Assembly (NCBI GenBank): GCA_963767925.1
Contig: CAVYGB010000010.1
Span: 832,001 to 896,000, forward strand
Length of the DNA stretch: 64,000 bases
Origin: an uncultured delta proteobacterium
GTDB lineage: Bacteria > Myxococcota_A > Polyangia > Fen-1088
Direction: 5' to 3'
This document shows, piece after piece, positions 20,708-31,000 of the stretch (within the stretch, counting starts at the first letter, position 1; each line of letters begins with the position of its first letter). The notes beneath the pieces were generated by a model, which was given only the letters and a program-made list of their open reading frames with translations, had not been told where the DNA came from and ran no database searches. A program made the translations under genes and the position numbers.

Positions 20708-22471
20708 ATGCAGGACGTCCGTCCCGGCGGGCCTCCGTCTACCAAGACGGGGCGGACCCAGCCGACCCGGCTGATGGGCCGCTTCCAGTGCGAAGCGCTG
20801 CTCCAGAGCGAAGGCCTGCTCGAGACCTGGCGCGCGCGCGTGCAGGGGCTGGCCGGCTTCGACCGGGTCTTTGCCGTCAAATGCCTGCTGGCGGGCGCGC
20901 TCACGCGCCGGCCCCGGGCGGCCGAGGACCTGTTGCGCACCGCCCGCGCGCTCGCCGCGCTGAAGGATGGGCGCCTGGCGACCGTGATGGACAGCGGCCT
21001 GGCCCCGGGCTCGGCCTTCGTGGCCACCGAGTTCATCCACGGCGTCTCGCTGCGGGCGCTGCGCGAATACGTCCACGGGCGGGCCGCCGAGGAGGGGGGC
21101 CGCCCGCTGTCCTGGCCGGCGGTGCTGGTACATCTGTGCGCCGAGATCGCGAGCGCGCTCGCGGCCGCCCACGGGGCGGAGACGCCCCTCACCCACGGAG
21201 CCCTCGCCGCCGGCGCGGTGATGGTGACGCCGCAGGGGAGCATCAAGCTGGTCGACCTGGGGCTGTTCGCGGCGGTGCACACCCCGGCCGAGATCGCCGC
21301 CAGCCCCGTGCGCCGCCCCTGCGCGGCCCCCGAGCTGACCCGGGGCCAGGCGCCGGGCCCCGCCTCCGACATGTACGCGCTCGGCGCGCTCGCGCTCGAG
21401 CTGGCCACCGGGCGCGAGCGGCGCGCCTCCGGCAAGCTCGACAGCGGCACCTCCTGGTCGCGCGTGCTGGCGAGCGAGCTGCAGACCCTGATCCGGCGGC
21501 TGCTCTCCTTCGAGCCCGGTGAGCGGCCCTCCGCCGCGGAGGTGGAGGCCACCCTGCGGGAGGCGGCGGCGCTGACCCGGGGCATCGACCCGCGCGGCGA
21601 GCTCGGCCAGCTCGTGCGGCGGGTGCTGCACTCCAACGGCAACGAGCCGGTGCCGGGAGGCGACGCCGCCATGCAGGCGGACACCGAGGAGCCGCCGGCC
21701 TTCGAGGAGCACGACCTCACCCCGGTGCAGGACACCACCTCCGACCACGTGTTCGGCGACGAGCCGACCCAGGTGCTGGCCGTCGCCGAGGACGGCCACC
21801 CCGACCGCCTGCGCGGGATCCTGCGCGACATGCGGCAGGAGACCGGCGAGGAGGGCACCCTCATCGACGCGACCCGGGGGCACAACACGCCGATCTTCGG
21901 CACGCCGGTGGTGGCCGCCGCCCCCGACGGCTCCGAAGACGTGGAGGGCGCGGTCTCCTGGCACCCGGTCGGCCTGCCCCCCGAGGACGCCGGCGCGGCC
22001 GACGCCTCGGCCGAGACCCGCATCCAGGCGGTCCCCGCGTCCGAGGAGCTCGAGCTGCCCCCCCGCCTCGCGCCGGTGCCGATCACCGCCCGCTTCCAGC
22101 GCGTCTCCATCACGCCGGCCAACCAGCCGTCGAGCCCGTCGGGTGCATCCGAGCCGCGCGCCCACCTGCAGCGCTTCGAGGAGTTCACGACCGACGTGCC
22201 CCTGCCGGCCCACTTTACCCCCTCGGGCTGGCATCCGGCCGGCAACCTCGACGGCCCCACCGAGACCGACACCTCACCGATGCGGAACGAGTCCGCCTCG
22301 GCGGAGCGGCGGGGCGCGCGCCGCCGTCGCCCGCAGCGCGGGCTGGGGAAGCTGCCGAAGGTGATGCTGGTGCTGGTGGCGGCCGCCGTGTTCGGCGCTG
22401 GCCTCGCGGCGACGGTGCGGTTCGTGGCGGGCAAACCGCCCGCCACCGTCACCAGTAGCCCGACCCGCTGA
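20708..22471 (+). CDS. Membrane-anchored Ser/Thr pseudokinase
   Basis: Kinase fold landmarks (FAVK, TEFIHG, KLVDLG, APE, SDMYALG) but catalytic loop HGALAAGAV; C-terminal TM. Confidence 0.75.
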   Translation: MQDVRPGGPPSTKTGRTQPTRLMGRFQCEALLQSEGLLETWRARVQGLAGFDRVFAVKCLLAGALTRRPRAAEDLLRTARALAALKDGRLATVMDSGLAPGSAFVATEFIHGVSLRALREYVHGRAAEEGGRPLSWPAVLVHLCAEIASALAAAHGAETPLTHGALAAGAVMVTPQGSIKLVDLGLFAAVHTPAEIAASPVRRPCAAPELTRGQAPGPASDMYALGALALELATGRERRASGKLDSGTSWSRVLASELQTLIRRLLSFEPGERPSAAEVEATLREAAALTRGIDPRGELGQLVRRVLHSNGNEPVPGGDAAMQADTEEPPAFEEHDLTPVQDTTSDHVFGDEPTQVLAVAEDGHPDRLRGILRDMRQETGEEGTLIDATRGHNTPIFGTPVVAAAPDGSEDVEGAVSWHPVGLPPEDAGAADASAETRIQAVPASEELELPPRLAPVPITARFQRVSITPANQPSSPSGASEPRAHLQRFEEFTTDVPLPAHFTPSGWHPAGNLDGPTETDTSPMRNESASAERRGARRRRPQRGLGKLPKVMLVLVAAAVFGAGLAATVRFVAGKPPATVTSSPTR

Positions 22472-22474
22472 GCG

Positions 22475-24008
22475 TCAGCGGGGCGCCCGGGCGGGGGCCG
22501 GCGGCGTCCGGGGGGCGCCGTCGACCTGGACCGGCTCGGGCAGGGCGCCCGAGGAGCGGGCCGATTTGGGATCCTGGCGGTAGCGGGTCCAGGCGATGCC
22601 GGCGGCGATGCCCGCGCCCAGCAGCAGCAGGTAGGCCGCCGCGATCAGGCCCGGGCGGCCGACCGAGGCCCGGCGGCGCGGCGGCGCCAGCGGGGGCGGC
22701 ATCGGCGGCCGCGGCATCGACGGGGCCCCCGGAGGCGCCATCATCGACGGGCGACGGGGCCATCATCGACGGGGCCATCATCGACGGAGGCGGGGGCGGG
22801 GGCGGGGGGAAGGCGGGGGTGCGCGCCCGCTCGCGCGGGCCCATCAGCGCGGCCGCCGGCAGCGGCGGAGGAGGCGACGGCGCGGGCGGCGTGGCCTGGT
22901 ACATGGGGGGCCCCGGCGGCGGGGTCTTCTGCTGCGGTCGCAGCGAGATCGTCGCGGTGGCCCCGTAGTCATCGTCGATGAGCGAGCTGTCGACGACGCC
23001 GATGGAGGCCGCCTCCCGCCCCTCGAGGTTCTTGCCCGGCGGCAGGCGGTCGGGATCGTTGGCGTGCGATTCGTCCTGGGTCCAGGCGTCGGGATCGGGC
23101 CCCAGCAACTCGGCCAGCTCGGCGGCGAGCTGGGGGGCCGAATAGAGCAGGCCCTGCCGCCGGGCCAGGTCGCGCAGGGACTCGGCGAAGGCCCGGGCGT
23201 CGGGGTGGCGGTCGTCGCGATCGCGGGCCAGGGCCTTCTCGAAGATGATCTCCATCTCGTGGGGCAGGTCGGGGCGCTTCTTGGAGAGCCTTGGGACCTC
23301 CTGGCCGTAGATGTCCTCGGGCGGGGTCTGCAGGTCCCCCGAGAAGAGCCGCTCGCCGGTCAGGGTCTCGAAGATGCAGACCGCGATCGAGAAGAGATCG
23401 CTGCGGGCGTCGAGGGGCTGGTTCTGCGCCTGCTCGGGCGACATGTAGCCGACCTTGCCCCGCACCCGGTAGAACACCGAGGAGAAGGTCGAGGCCTTGG
23501 CGATGCCGAAGTCCGACAGCTTCACGTCCCCCTGCGCGGAGCACAGGATGTTCGAGGGGGAGACGTCGCGGTGGATGATGCCGAGAGGCGACCCGCTGGG
23601 GGCCCGGCGGCCGTGGGCATAGGCCAGGCCGGCCAGGATCTCGAGGGCCACGTGCAGCACCGCCTGGGCCGAGAGCGGGTTGCGGGTCATGCGCGACCGC
23701 CAGCCGATGGTCCGCAGGTCGGCGCCCCGCACGTACTCCATCACGATGAAGAGCGAGTCCTCCGACGAGACCAGGTCGAACGTGCGCACGATATTGACGT
23801 GATCCAGCGAGGCAGAGATTTTTGCCTCCCGGAAGAACAGATCGCGAAACTCCGGTCGTTCGGTAAACTCGGGCAGAAGCTGCTTGAGGACCACCTCCTT
23901 CTCGAACCCGCCGGCCCCGAGCTTCTTGCCGAGATAAATCGCGCCCATACCTCCCTCGGCGAGATACCGCTCGATCCGGTATTTGCGCTGTGGGGCCTGG
24001 GCGACCAT
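22475..24008 (-). CDS. Ser/Thr protein kinase with Pro-rich region and C-terminal TM (frameshift near 22750)
   Basis: AEGGMG, VLKQL, HRDVSPSN, DFG, YMSPE; the TM segment lies in ORF 22475-22744 in another frame. Confidence 0.88.
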
Positions 24009-24049
24009 CGGAACGCAAAGTAGGATCGCTCACAAGTCGAACCATTCCA

Positions 24050-24523
24050 ATGGCCTTCCGCCTACAAACCTTGCTGGATCTGAAGCTGCGCGCCGAGGAG
24101 GACGCCGAGCGCGCCATGGCGACGGCAATGGCGGAGCGCGCCAAGGTGGAGGCACGACAGGCCCAGCTCGAGGCGGAGGTCACCCGGGCACGCGAGCGGG
24201 TGGCCGAGGCGCGTCGGGCGGCGGCCGATCCGGTGGCGGTGGCGGGCGACGGGCTGGCCCGGGAACGTTTCCGGGAGCGGCTGGCCGAGCAGGTGAAGAT
24301 ATGCCTGGAGACGGCGCGGGTGCACCGGGCGGGGCCGCTGGCCGCCGCCATCGCCGCCGAGGACGCGGCCAGGCAGACCCACCTCGAGGCGCGGCGCGAG
24401 CGGGAAGCGCTGGAAAAGCACAAGGAGAAGGAGGCCGCCCGCGAGCGGCAGATCGCCGAGCGGCGCTCGGAGGACGCGGCCAGCGACCTCGCCATCGCCG
24501 CCCACTTCCGCAAGCAGCGCTGA
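24050..24523 (+). CDS. FliJ/SctO(YscO)-like coiled-coil export protein
   Basis: MAFRLQTLLDLK N-terminus, 157-aa charged helical body, EALEKHKEK...E..EDAASD C-terminus. Confidence 0.65.
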   Translation: MAFRLQTLLDLKLRAEEDAERAMATAMAERAKVEARQAQLEAEVTRARERVAEARRAAADPVAVAGDGLARERFRERLAEQVKICLETARVHRAGPLAAAIAAEDAARQTHLEARREREALEKHKEKEAARERQIAERRSEDAASDLAIAAHFRKQR

Positions 24524-24607
24524 AGACGTTTTCAGCGGCCTCGGGGCCAGGCCGGGGCCGAACTTTGGCGATCTTCGGGCCGGCCTTCTTGAGGTAAAAA
24601 TGCCTTC

Positions 24608-25363
24608 ATGAAGCAAAGTCTCGTCTGGGTCGTCGCTCTGGCCGCCACCCTCGCTCTACCCCGGTCGTTCGCGATCGCCGGACCGGACGAGGCCAACACC
24701 CTCAGCGCCAAGGAGAAGGCCGCCGGCTGGCAGCTCCTCTTCGACGGCAAGAGCACCGCCGGCTGGCGCGGGTTCAAGACCGACAAGTTTCCCGAGAAGG
24801 GCTGGAAGGTCGTCGACGGGATCCTGGTCCACGAGAAGGCCGTGAAGGCCGGGGACATCGTCACCAAGGACACCTTCGACACCTTCGAGCTGCGGATCGA
24901 CTTCCGCCTCACACCGCGGGCCAACAGCGGCATCAAGTACCTGGTCGACGAGAACCTGGTGAAGGACGGGCGCCAGGGCGTCTCCTTCGAATACCAGGTG
25001 CTGGACGACGAGCTGCACCCCGACGCCACGAAGGGCAAGAACGGCAACCGCACCTGCGGCGGGCTCTACGACCTGCTCCCGCCCTCGGCGGATCGGGTGG
25101 TCAAGCCGATGGGGCAGTGGAACGAGGCCCGGATCGTCGTCGAGACCGGCAAGGTCGAGCACTGGCTCAACGGCAAGAAGGTCGTCTCCTTCACGCGCGG
25201 CGGCCCCGAGATCAAGGCCGCCATCGCCGACAGCAAGTTCAAGGAGATCCCGGGCTTTGGCGAGACCGCCAAGGGCCACATCCTCCTGCAGGACCACAAC
25301 GACGAGATCGCCTTCCGGAACATCAAGATCCGGAAGATCACCGCCCGCGCCGCCAGCCGCTGA
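24608..25363 (+). CDS. DUF1080 / 3-keto-disaccharide hydrolase family, exported
   Basis: Signal peptide; GWQLLFDGK, NSGIKY, EYQVLDD, GQWN, LQDH..IAFRNIKIR. Confidence 0.9.
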   Translation: MKQSLVWVVALAATLALPRSFAIAGPDEANTLSAKEKAAGWQLLFDGKSTAGWRGFKTDKFPEKGWKVVDGILVHEKAVKAGDIVTKDTFDTFELRIDFRLTPRANSGIKYLVDENLVKDGRQGVSFEYQVLDDELHPDATKGKNGNRTCGGLYDLLPPSADRVVKPMGQWNEARIVVETGKVEHWLNGKKVVSFTRGGPEIKAAIADSKFKEIPGFGETAKGHILLQDHNDEIAFRNIKIRKITARAASR

Positions 25364-25442
25364 GGCGGGCCGTCCCCTCTCCCTGCGGTCTCCCGCGGGG
25401 AGAGGCCAACCGACAGATCTTCGCCCGCGCGGGCGGCGGCGC

Positions 25443-25913
25443 TCAGCGGCCCATGGTGGGGACGCTGTTGCCGCCGGTCACGTCGTCGGGGAGCTCCCGG
25501 CCGGGGGGCCGGGGGGCGGGGGGAGGCAGGACGGGCTTGCCGTCCGGCTTCAGGGTGAGGCGGCGGGTGGAGGGGGCCAGCGACGGCAGCTCGCTCACCT
25601 CGACCGCGCCGTCGGTGAAGGTCACGATGAGCGCCTGCGGCCCGGTCGGGCAGCGGCGCCAGGTGATCTCGCCATCGATGGCCAGGCCCGACCCGGCGCC
25701 GACGAGCGAATACAGGTCACCGTCTTCGAGGCCGCGCACCTGCAGCTCGCGGATCGCCCGGCCGCTGCCATTGACCAGGGTGACGTCGCCGCCGCCCTCC
25801 GGGCAATAAGCCTCGGTCGGGTCGTCCTCGCCGCCTGCTGCGTCCTGGCACCCGGCCGCCAGATTGACGGCCCCGACCAGCGCTACCAGCCAGAGCTTGC
25901 TTGCTCGATCCAT
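25443..25913 (-). CDS. Hypothetical lipoprotein
   Basis: MDRASKLWLVALVGAVNLAAGC lipobox; AGGAAG upstream; C-terminal part of ORF 25443-26774. Confidence 0.6.
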   Translation of the reverse strand: MDRASKLWLVALVGAVNLAAGCQDAAGGEDDPTEAYCPEGGGDVTLVNGSGRAIRELQVRGLEDGDLYSLVGAGSGLAIDGEITWRRCPTGPQALIVTFTDGAVEVSELPSLAPSTRRLTLKPDGKPVLPPPAPRPPGRELPDDVTGGNSVPTMGR

Positions 25914-26009
25914 GACACGACTTCCTTCCCTGGGCGGATGAAGTCCGCCTCGCAGGGAGCAGTCGTCGGGTCGGCGCAGGGGTTTGAGGGGAGCCCGATG
26001 GGCAGCCGC

Positions 26010-26027
26010 GTTAGTTTGACAACTAAC
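26010..26027. promoter_or_regulatory. Palindromic operator candidate in an AT-rich island
   Basis: GTTAGTT-tgac-AACTAAC perfect 7-bp arms. Confidence 0.45.
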
Positions 26028-26079
26028 TTTAGTAGTTTTAGTTACATAACGAATTGCACATAAAATTGATGGAGGCGCC

Positions 26080-27075
26080 TCAGCCGGGCAACAGAGCGAA
26101 CGCGCTCTGCAGGCGTGCTTCCACCGCGCGCGCCTCCGCCACCGCCTGCTCGCCGGGGATCGACCTGAGCTCGACCGGATCGCCCGGCCAGAGCTGGGCG
26201 GCGCGGGCGCGATCGGCGGTCGCGAGGTGGCCCAGGCGCGGGTATCCCCCGATGGTGTTCCGGTCGGCCATGAGGAGGATCGGCAGCCCGTCGGGCGGGA
26301 GCTGGAAGGCGCCGGGGGCCGTGGGCTCGGACAGGCGCGCGCCGTCGGGCCGGCCGGGGAGCGGGTCGCCCTCGAAGCGGTAGCCGGTGCGCCCGGATCG
26401 GCTCGACAGGATGAAGCGGCTGCCGTCGAGCCGCGCGCGCGCCGGTGGCAACACCGCCGGGTCGTCTTCGGGGACCAGGCGCAGGACGGCGGGTCCCTCC
26501 GGGTAGAGCGGAGCCAGCGCGGCGGCCAGCGCGGCGACGACGCTGTCGAGCGGAGCGGGCGGCGGGGTCGGGTCGGCGGGGCGAAGGGCCAGCCGCTGGC
26601 CGGCGCGGAGCGGTCGGCCGCCGACGCCGCCCAGCCCGGCGCCGAGGTCGGTGGCGGCGCTGCCGAGCACGAGCGGGACGTCGAGGCCACCGGCCAGCGC
26701 GAGGCAGGCGCGCGCGCCCCGCCGCCGCGAGCGAAAGGCCAGGCGGGCGCCCGCCGGGGCGAGGGCGGCGGCAAAGGCGGGCAGCGGCTGCCCGTCGAGG
26801 GCGGCGTCGAGATCGCCGCCGGCCAGCGCGAAGCGGACGGTCCGCAGAAACAGGATCTCGCAGCCGGGCCCGGTCACCTCCAGGCCAGCGGCCGACTCGG
26901 GGCTGCCGGCCAGGCGGTTGGCCACCCGCTGGGCGAGCGGATCCATCGCCCCCGAGGGGCTCACCCCGAAGCGGCCCTGGCCGGGGCGGCCGAGGTCCTG
27001 GACGGTGGTGAGCAGGCCCGGGCGGACGATCTCGAGGGCCGGGGCGGGCGCAGCCGGCTCCCCGGGGGCGCTCAC
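26080..27075 (-). CDS. pxpC: 5-oxoprolinase subunit C (carboxyltransferase A/B, AHS2 family)
   Basis: PGLLTTVQDLGR.G, SGAMD, ANRLAG, RTGYR, QLPPDGLPILLMADRNTIGGYP. Confidence 0.9.
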   Translation of the reverse strand: MSAPGEPAAPAPALEIVRPGLLTTVQDLGRPGQGRFGVSPSGAMDPLAQRVANRLAGSPESAAGLEVTGPGCEILFLRTVRFALAGGDLDAALDGQPLPAFAAALAPAGARLAFRSRRRGARACLALAGGLDVPLVLGSAATDLGAGLGGVGGRPLRAGQRLALRPADPTPPPAPLDSVVAALAAALAPLYPEGPAVLRLVPEDDPAVLPPARARLDGSRFILSSRSGRTGYRFEGDPLPGRPDGARLSEPTAPGAFQLPPDGLPILLMADRNTIGGYPRLGHLATADRARAAQLWPGDPVELRSIPGEQAVAEARAVEARLQSAFALLPG

Positions 27076-27828
27076 AGCCAGCTACCGAGCGGGGCGACGG
27101 CGACGCCGGCCGCCTGCAGCGCCATGCGGATGGCCTGCGCGCGCGCCCCCGCCCCCGGGTGGTCGCCGTGCAGGCAGAGGGTGTGCCCGACCTGGGCCAG
27201 CGCCGTCCCCTGCGCGGTCAGGACCTTTTCCTCGCACACCATGGCCACCGCGCGGGCGGCGACCGCCGCGTCGGGGAGCTCGAGCACGGCGCCGGGCTGA
27301 CCGCGGGGGATCAGCCGCCCGTCCTCGCCGTACTGGCGGTCGGCGAACACCTCCACCGCGAAGCGCAGCCCGTGGGCCTCGGCGCTCGCCGACAGCGCCG
27401 AGTCGGGCGGCCCGACGAGGATCAGAATCCCCGCCGGTGGCGCGGGTCGCCCGGGCGACGGCGTCGGCGATCTCCGGGCGGGCGGCGGCGAGGTGGTAGA
27501 GCGCCCCGTGCGGCTTGACGTGCTGGAGCCGGACGCCGGCCAGGCGGGCGAACCCGGCCAGGGCCCCCACCTGGTAGATCAGCAGGTCGAACACCTGCGC
27601 GGGCGGCAGCTCGATCGGCCGGCGGCCGAAGCCCTCCGGGTCGGCGAAGCCCGGGTGGGCGCCCACCGCCACCCCCGCCCGGGCGGCCGCCGCCAGGGTC
27701 TCGCGCATCAGGGTGGGACTGCCGGCGTGCACCCCGCAGGCGACGTTGGCCGAGGTCACGTGGGGCAACACGGCGGCGTCGTCCCCGGCGCCTTCGCCGA
27801 GGTCGCAGTTGAGGTCGACGGTGGTCAT
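27072..27828 (-). CDS. pxpA: 5-oxoprolinase subunit A (LamB/YcsF), one frameshift near 27427
   Basis: DLNCDLGEG, SANVACGVHAG, GAHPG, HVKPHGALY; then EVFADR.Y and TLCLHGD in a second frame. Confidence 0.9.
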
Positions 27829-27848
27829 GTCGGCCTCGAAGTTTTACT

Positions 27849-28478
27849 TCATTTGGTGCCGAACAGGCGATCGCCGGCGTCGCCCAGGCCGGGCAAGATG
27901 TAGCCGTTGTCGTCGAGGCGCTCGTCGACGGCGGCGGTGAAGATGGGCACGTCGGGGTGGCTCTCGTGGAAGTTGGTCACCCCCTCGGGCGCCGCCACCA
28001 GGCAGACCAGGCGCACCGACTTGGGGCCGGCGGCCTTGATGCGATCGACGGCGGCCACCGCCGAGTTGCCGGTGGCGAGCAGCGGGTCGGCCAGGATGAC
28101 GTCGCGGTCGTTCATCTCGCCGGGCATCTTGTAGTAGTACTCCACCGCCCCCAGGGTGTCGGGGTCGCGGTAGACGCCGATGTGCCCCACCCGGGCCGAG
28201 GGCAAGATGCGCAACATGCCGTCGACGATGCCGATCCCGGCGCGCAGGATCGGGATGAGGACGATCTTCTTGCCCTCGAGCATGACCCCCCGCGTGTGGG
28301 CCATCGGGGTCTCGACGTCGACCTCGACCAGCGGCAGATCGCGCGTCACCTCGTAGGCCAGCAACATGCTGATCTCCGCCACGAGGTTGCGGAAGGAGTG
28401 GGTGCTGAGGTCCTTCTGCCGCAGCAGGGTCAGCTTGTGCTGCACGAGGGGGTGTTTGATGACGTGGACTTCGGGCAT
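27849..28478 (-). CDS. upp: Uracil phosphoribosyltransferase
   Basis: [41 protein letters not shown]. Confidence 0.96.
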   Translation of the reverse strand: MPEVHVIKHPLVQHKLTLLRQKDLSTHSFRNLVAEISMLLAYEVTRDLPLVEVDVETPMAHTRGVMLEGKKIVLIPILRAGIGIVDGMLRILPSARVGHIGVYRDPDTLGAVEYYYKMPGEMNDRDVILADPLLATGNSAVAAVDRIKAAGPKSVRLVCLVAAPEGVTNFHESHPDVPIFTAAVDERLDDNGYILPGLGDAGDRLFGTK

Positions 28479-28488
28479 GGGGAAATCC

Positions 28489-29709
28489 TCAGAATACGGT
28501 GCCGTCGCTCTCGACTTCGAGGGGCGGGCGGCCATCGGGGCGCTTCTCCCGGGCCAGGACCCGCCCGGCCTGCCAGGTGCCGCCCTCGAGCACCTTGGCC
28601 AGCGGCAGGGCGGCCGCCTCCAGGCCCACGCGCAAGCGCAGCTCGGCGGCCGTGCGATCGAGCAGGGCCACCGTGAGGGCCCGCCACTCCACCACCAGCG
28701 GCGAGCCAACCGGGTGGACCTGGCCGCGAGCGAGGACCTCTTTCGAGCGGGGGACCAGCACGCCCCCGTCGAGGAAGAGGCCGCCGTTGCGGTATTCGGC
28801 CAGGCCGGTCAGATCGTCGAGGTCGATGACCCGCACCCCGGCGGCGGCGAGCGGCTCGATCAGCGAGTAGGTCAACCACTGCGACAGCTTGTGGAAGGGG
28901 ACCAGGCCGATCTGGGGGTGGGGCCAGGTGTCGCCGAGGTTGATCCCCTGGGCCTCGTGACGGCCGGGCCAGATCGGGCCCAGGCCGTCGAGGACGGCGG
29001 CGAACACAACCCGGGCGGGCAAGGTGCCGTCGGGGGCCTGGCCCAGCAGGAAGGCGCCGAGGTTGCCCACCCGTGGGACCGGCCCGGGGAAGAGGCGCGG
29101 CGCCCGCTGCACCACCTCGCCGAGGCGGCGGAGCAGCGCGGCCCGCCCGGCCAGCCCCACCAGGCCGGGGGAGGCCGATCCCGGCTCGGACTGGAACAGG
29201 GTGCCGAGGGTGGCCTCGCTGACCGCCGCCAGGCCATCGGCATCGGCGCGCAGGGGGTGCCCGGCGGGATCGCTGGAGAAGGCCCCGCCCAGGAAGGCGT
29301 GGTAGCTGGCCACCGCCAGCCCCTCGGAGCGGGTGAACACCCGCCCGGTGCGGGGCTCGCGATAGGACCAGCGGGGCCCCGCCCCGGCGTCGAGCAGCAC
29401 GCTCGTCACGACGAGATCGAGGCGGGCGCGCAGGGCCTCCTCGCGCGAGAGGTCGGCCAGCCGGCGCTCGAAGGGCTCGAGGCGATCGATGCCTCCGGCG
29501 CCGAAGTGGCGCCAGCGGGCGTGGGGCGGGATGGCGCGCAGGTCGGGGTAGTTGCTGCGGGTGACGGCGAGGACCCGATCGACGAGGCCGGGGAGCCGGT
29601 CGAGGTCGAGGGAGAAGGCGGAGAGGGCGCCCCGCTCGGCGAGGGCGAACATCGCCTGGGCCCGCTCGCGCACCGCCCGCGCGCTGCGGAGGTAACCGGC
29701 CTCGCTCAC
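28489..29709 (-). CDS. URC4/Urg3 (DUF1688) family protein
   Basis: [71 protein letters not shown] start overlaps upstream stop. Confidence 0.88.
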   Translation of the reverse strand: MSEAGYLRSARAVRERAQAMFALAERGALSAFSLDLDRLPGLVDRVLAVTRSNYPDLRAIPPHARWRHFGAGGIDRLEPFERRLADLSREEALRARLDLVVTSVLLDAGAGPRWSYREPRTGRVFTRSEGLAVASYHAFLGGAFSSDPAGHPLRADADGLAAVSEATLGTLFQSEPGSASPGLVGLAGRAALLRRLGEVVQRAPRLFPGPVPRVGNLGAFLLGQAPDGTLPARVVFAAVLDGLGPIWPGRHEAQGINLGDTWPHPQIGLVPFHKLSQWLTYSLIEPLAAAGVRVIDLDDLTGLAEYRNGGLFLDGGVLVPRSKEVLARGQVHPVGSPLVVEWRALTVALLDRTAAELRLRVGLEAAALPLAKVLEGGTWQAGRVLAREKRPDGRPPLEVESDGTVF

Positions 29710-30977
29710 TCGGTCAGACCCCGGCCCTTGGGCTGGCTGAGCTCGTTGCCGTCGGGCACCGGGCCCTCGGTGTAGTAGCCAGCCGCCTTCTTGGCGTCCA
29801 TCTCGACCCGGGCGTCCTCGGGGATGAGGCTGGCCGGGATGGCGACCCGCTCGACGATCGGGATCCCGGAGCGCACGATGGCGTCGTACTTCAGGTTGCT
29901 CATCGAGACGAAGCGGTCGATCTTGCTGATGCCGAGCCAGTGCAACACGTCGGGCATCAGCTCCTGAAAGCGCATGTCCTGCACGCCGGCGACGCACTCG
30001 GTGCGGGCGAAGTACTGGGCGGCGCTGTCCCCACCCTTCTGGCGCTTGCGGGCGTTGTAGACCAGGAACTTGGTGACCTCGCCGAGGGCCCGGCCCTCCT
30101 TGCGGTTGTAGACGATGACCCCCGCCCCGCCGGCCTGGGCGGTGCGCACGCACTCCTCGATCCCGTGGGCCAGGTAGGGCCGGCAGGTGCAGATGTCCGA
30201 GCCGAACACGTCCGAGCCGTTGCACTCGTCGTGGACCCGCGCGGCCAGCGGGCGGCTGGGGTCGGCGATGGTCTGCACGTCGCCGAACATGTAGACGGTC
30301 ATGCCGCCGATGGGGGGCAAGAACACCGCCAGGTCGCGGCGGGTGACCAGCTCGGGGAACATGCCGGCGGTGTGCTCGAACAGGGTGCGGCGGAGGTGGG
30401 TCTCGGAGCAGGCGAAGCGGCGGGCGATCTCGGGCAGGTACCAGACCGGCTCGAGGGCCGCCTTTGTCACGACGACGTTGTTGCCCTCGCGCAGGACCTT
30501 GCCGTCGATCTGCAGCCGCCCGGCCTCGATGGCGTCGTCGAGCTCGGGCAGGCGGATGTGGGCCTTGGTGATGGCGATGGTGGGGCGAATGTCATAGCCC
30601 TGCTCGAAGAAGGGCTGGAAGGCCGCGCTCACGACCGCTCCGTAAGGATCGATGGAGACGATGCGCTGGGGGTCGGACCACTGGGGGTGAGGGCCGACCG
30701 GCTCGGCGGGGGCGGTGTCGGTGAGGTCGGGCTTGCGCAGGGGATCGAGGGCGCCGGCGGCGACCGCCACCGCCCGGTAGACCGAATACGATCCGGAGTG
30801 GGTGCCGATGGCGTTGCGCTGGGCGAGGTTGCTGACGGTGGCGATCACCGGGCCCCGGGTGGTGGCGTCGGCGGCGCCCCACACGATGGGGGTGGGCTTG
30901 GGGCCGTGCCGTCCCGGGTGGGAGGTGAGGACGATCTTGGCCTGCTTGGGGCGGGTGCTCTTGGGGGTGGCTGACAC
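29706..30977 (-). CDS. URC1/Urg1-type GTP cyclohydrolase II-like protein with N-terminal extension
   Basis: LTSHP, RGPVIAT, RNAIGTHSGSYSVYRA; Zn motif HDECNGSDVFGSDICTC; EGRALGEVTK; EMDAKKAAGY. Confidence 0.9.
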   Translation of the reverse strand: MSATPKSTRPKQAKIVLTSHPGRHGPKPTPIVWGAADATTRGPVIATVSNLAQRNAIGTHSGSYSVYRAVAVAAGALDPLRKPDLTDTAPAEPVGPHPQWSDPQRIVSIDPYGAVVSAAFQPFFEQGYDIRPTIAITKAHIRLPELDDAIEAGRLQIDGKVLREGNNVVVTKAALEPVWYLPEIARRFACSETHLRRTLFEHTAGMFPELVTRRDLAVFLPPIGGMTVYMFGDVQTIADPSRPLAARVHDECNGSDVFGSDICTCRPYLAHGIEECVRTAQAGGAGVIVYNRKEGRALGEVTKFLVYNARKRQKGGDSAAQYFARTECVAGVQDMRFQELMPDVLHWLGISKIDRFVSMSNLKYDAIVRSGIPIVERVAIPASLIPEDARVEMDAKKAAGYYTEGPVPDGNELSQPKGRGLTE

Positions 30978-31000
30978 GTCGGGTTCCTTCGGGGGCGCGC

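Noticed and set aside
29706..30977. Riboflavin ribA
   Set aside because: The long N-terminal extension and URC4/upp context match the URC1/Urg1 subfamily; no rib genes nearby
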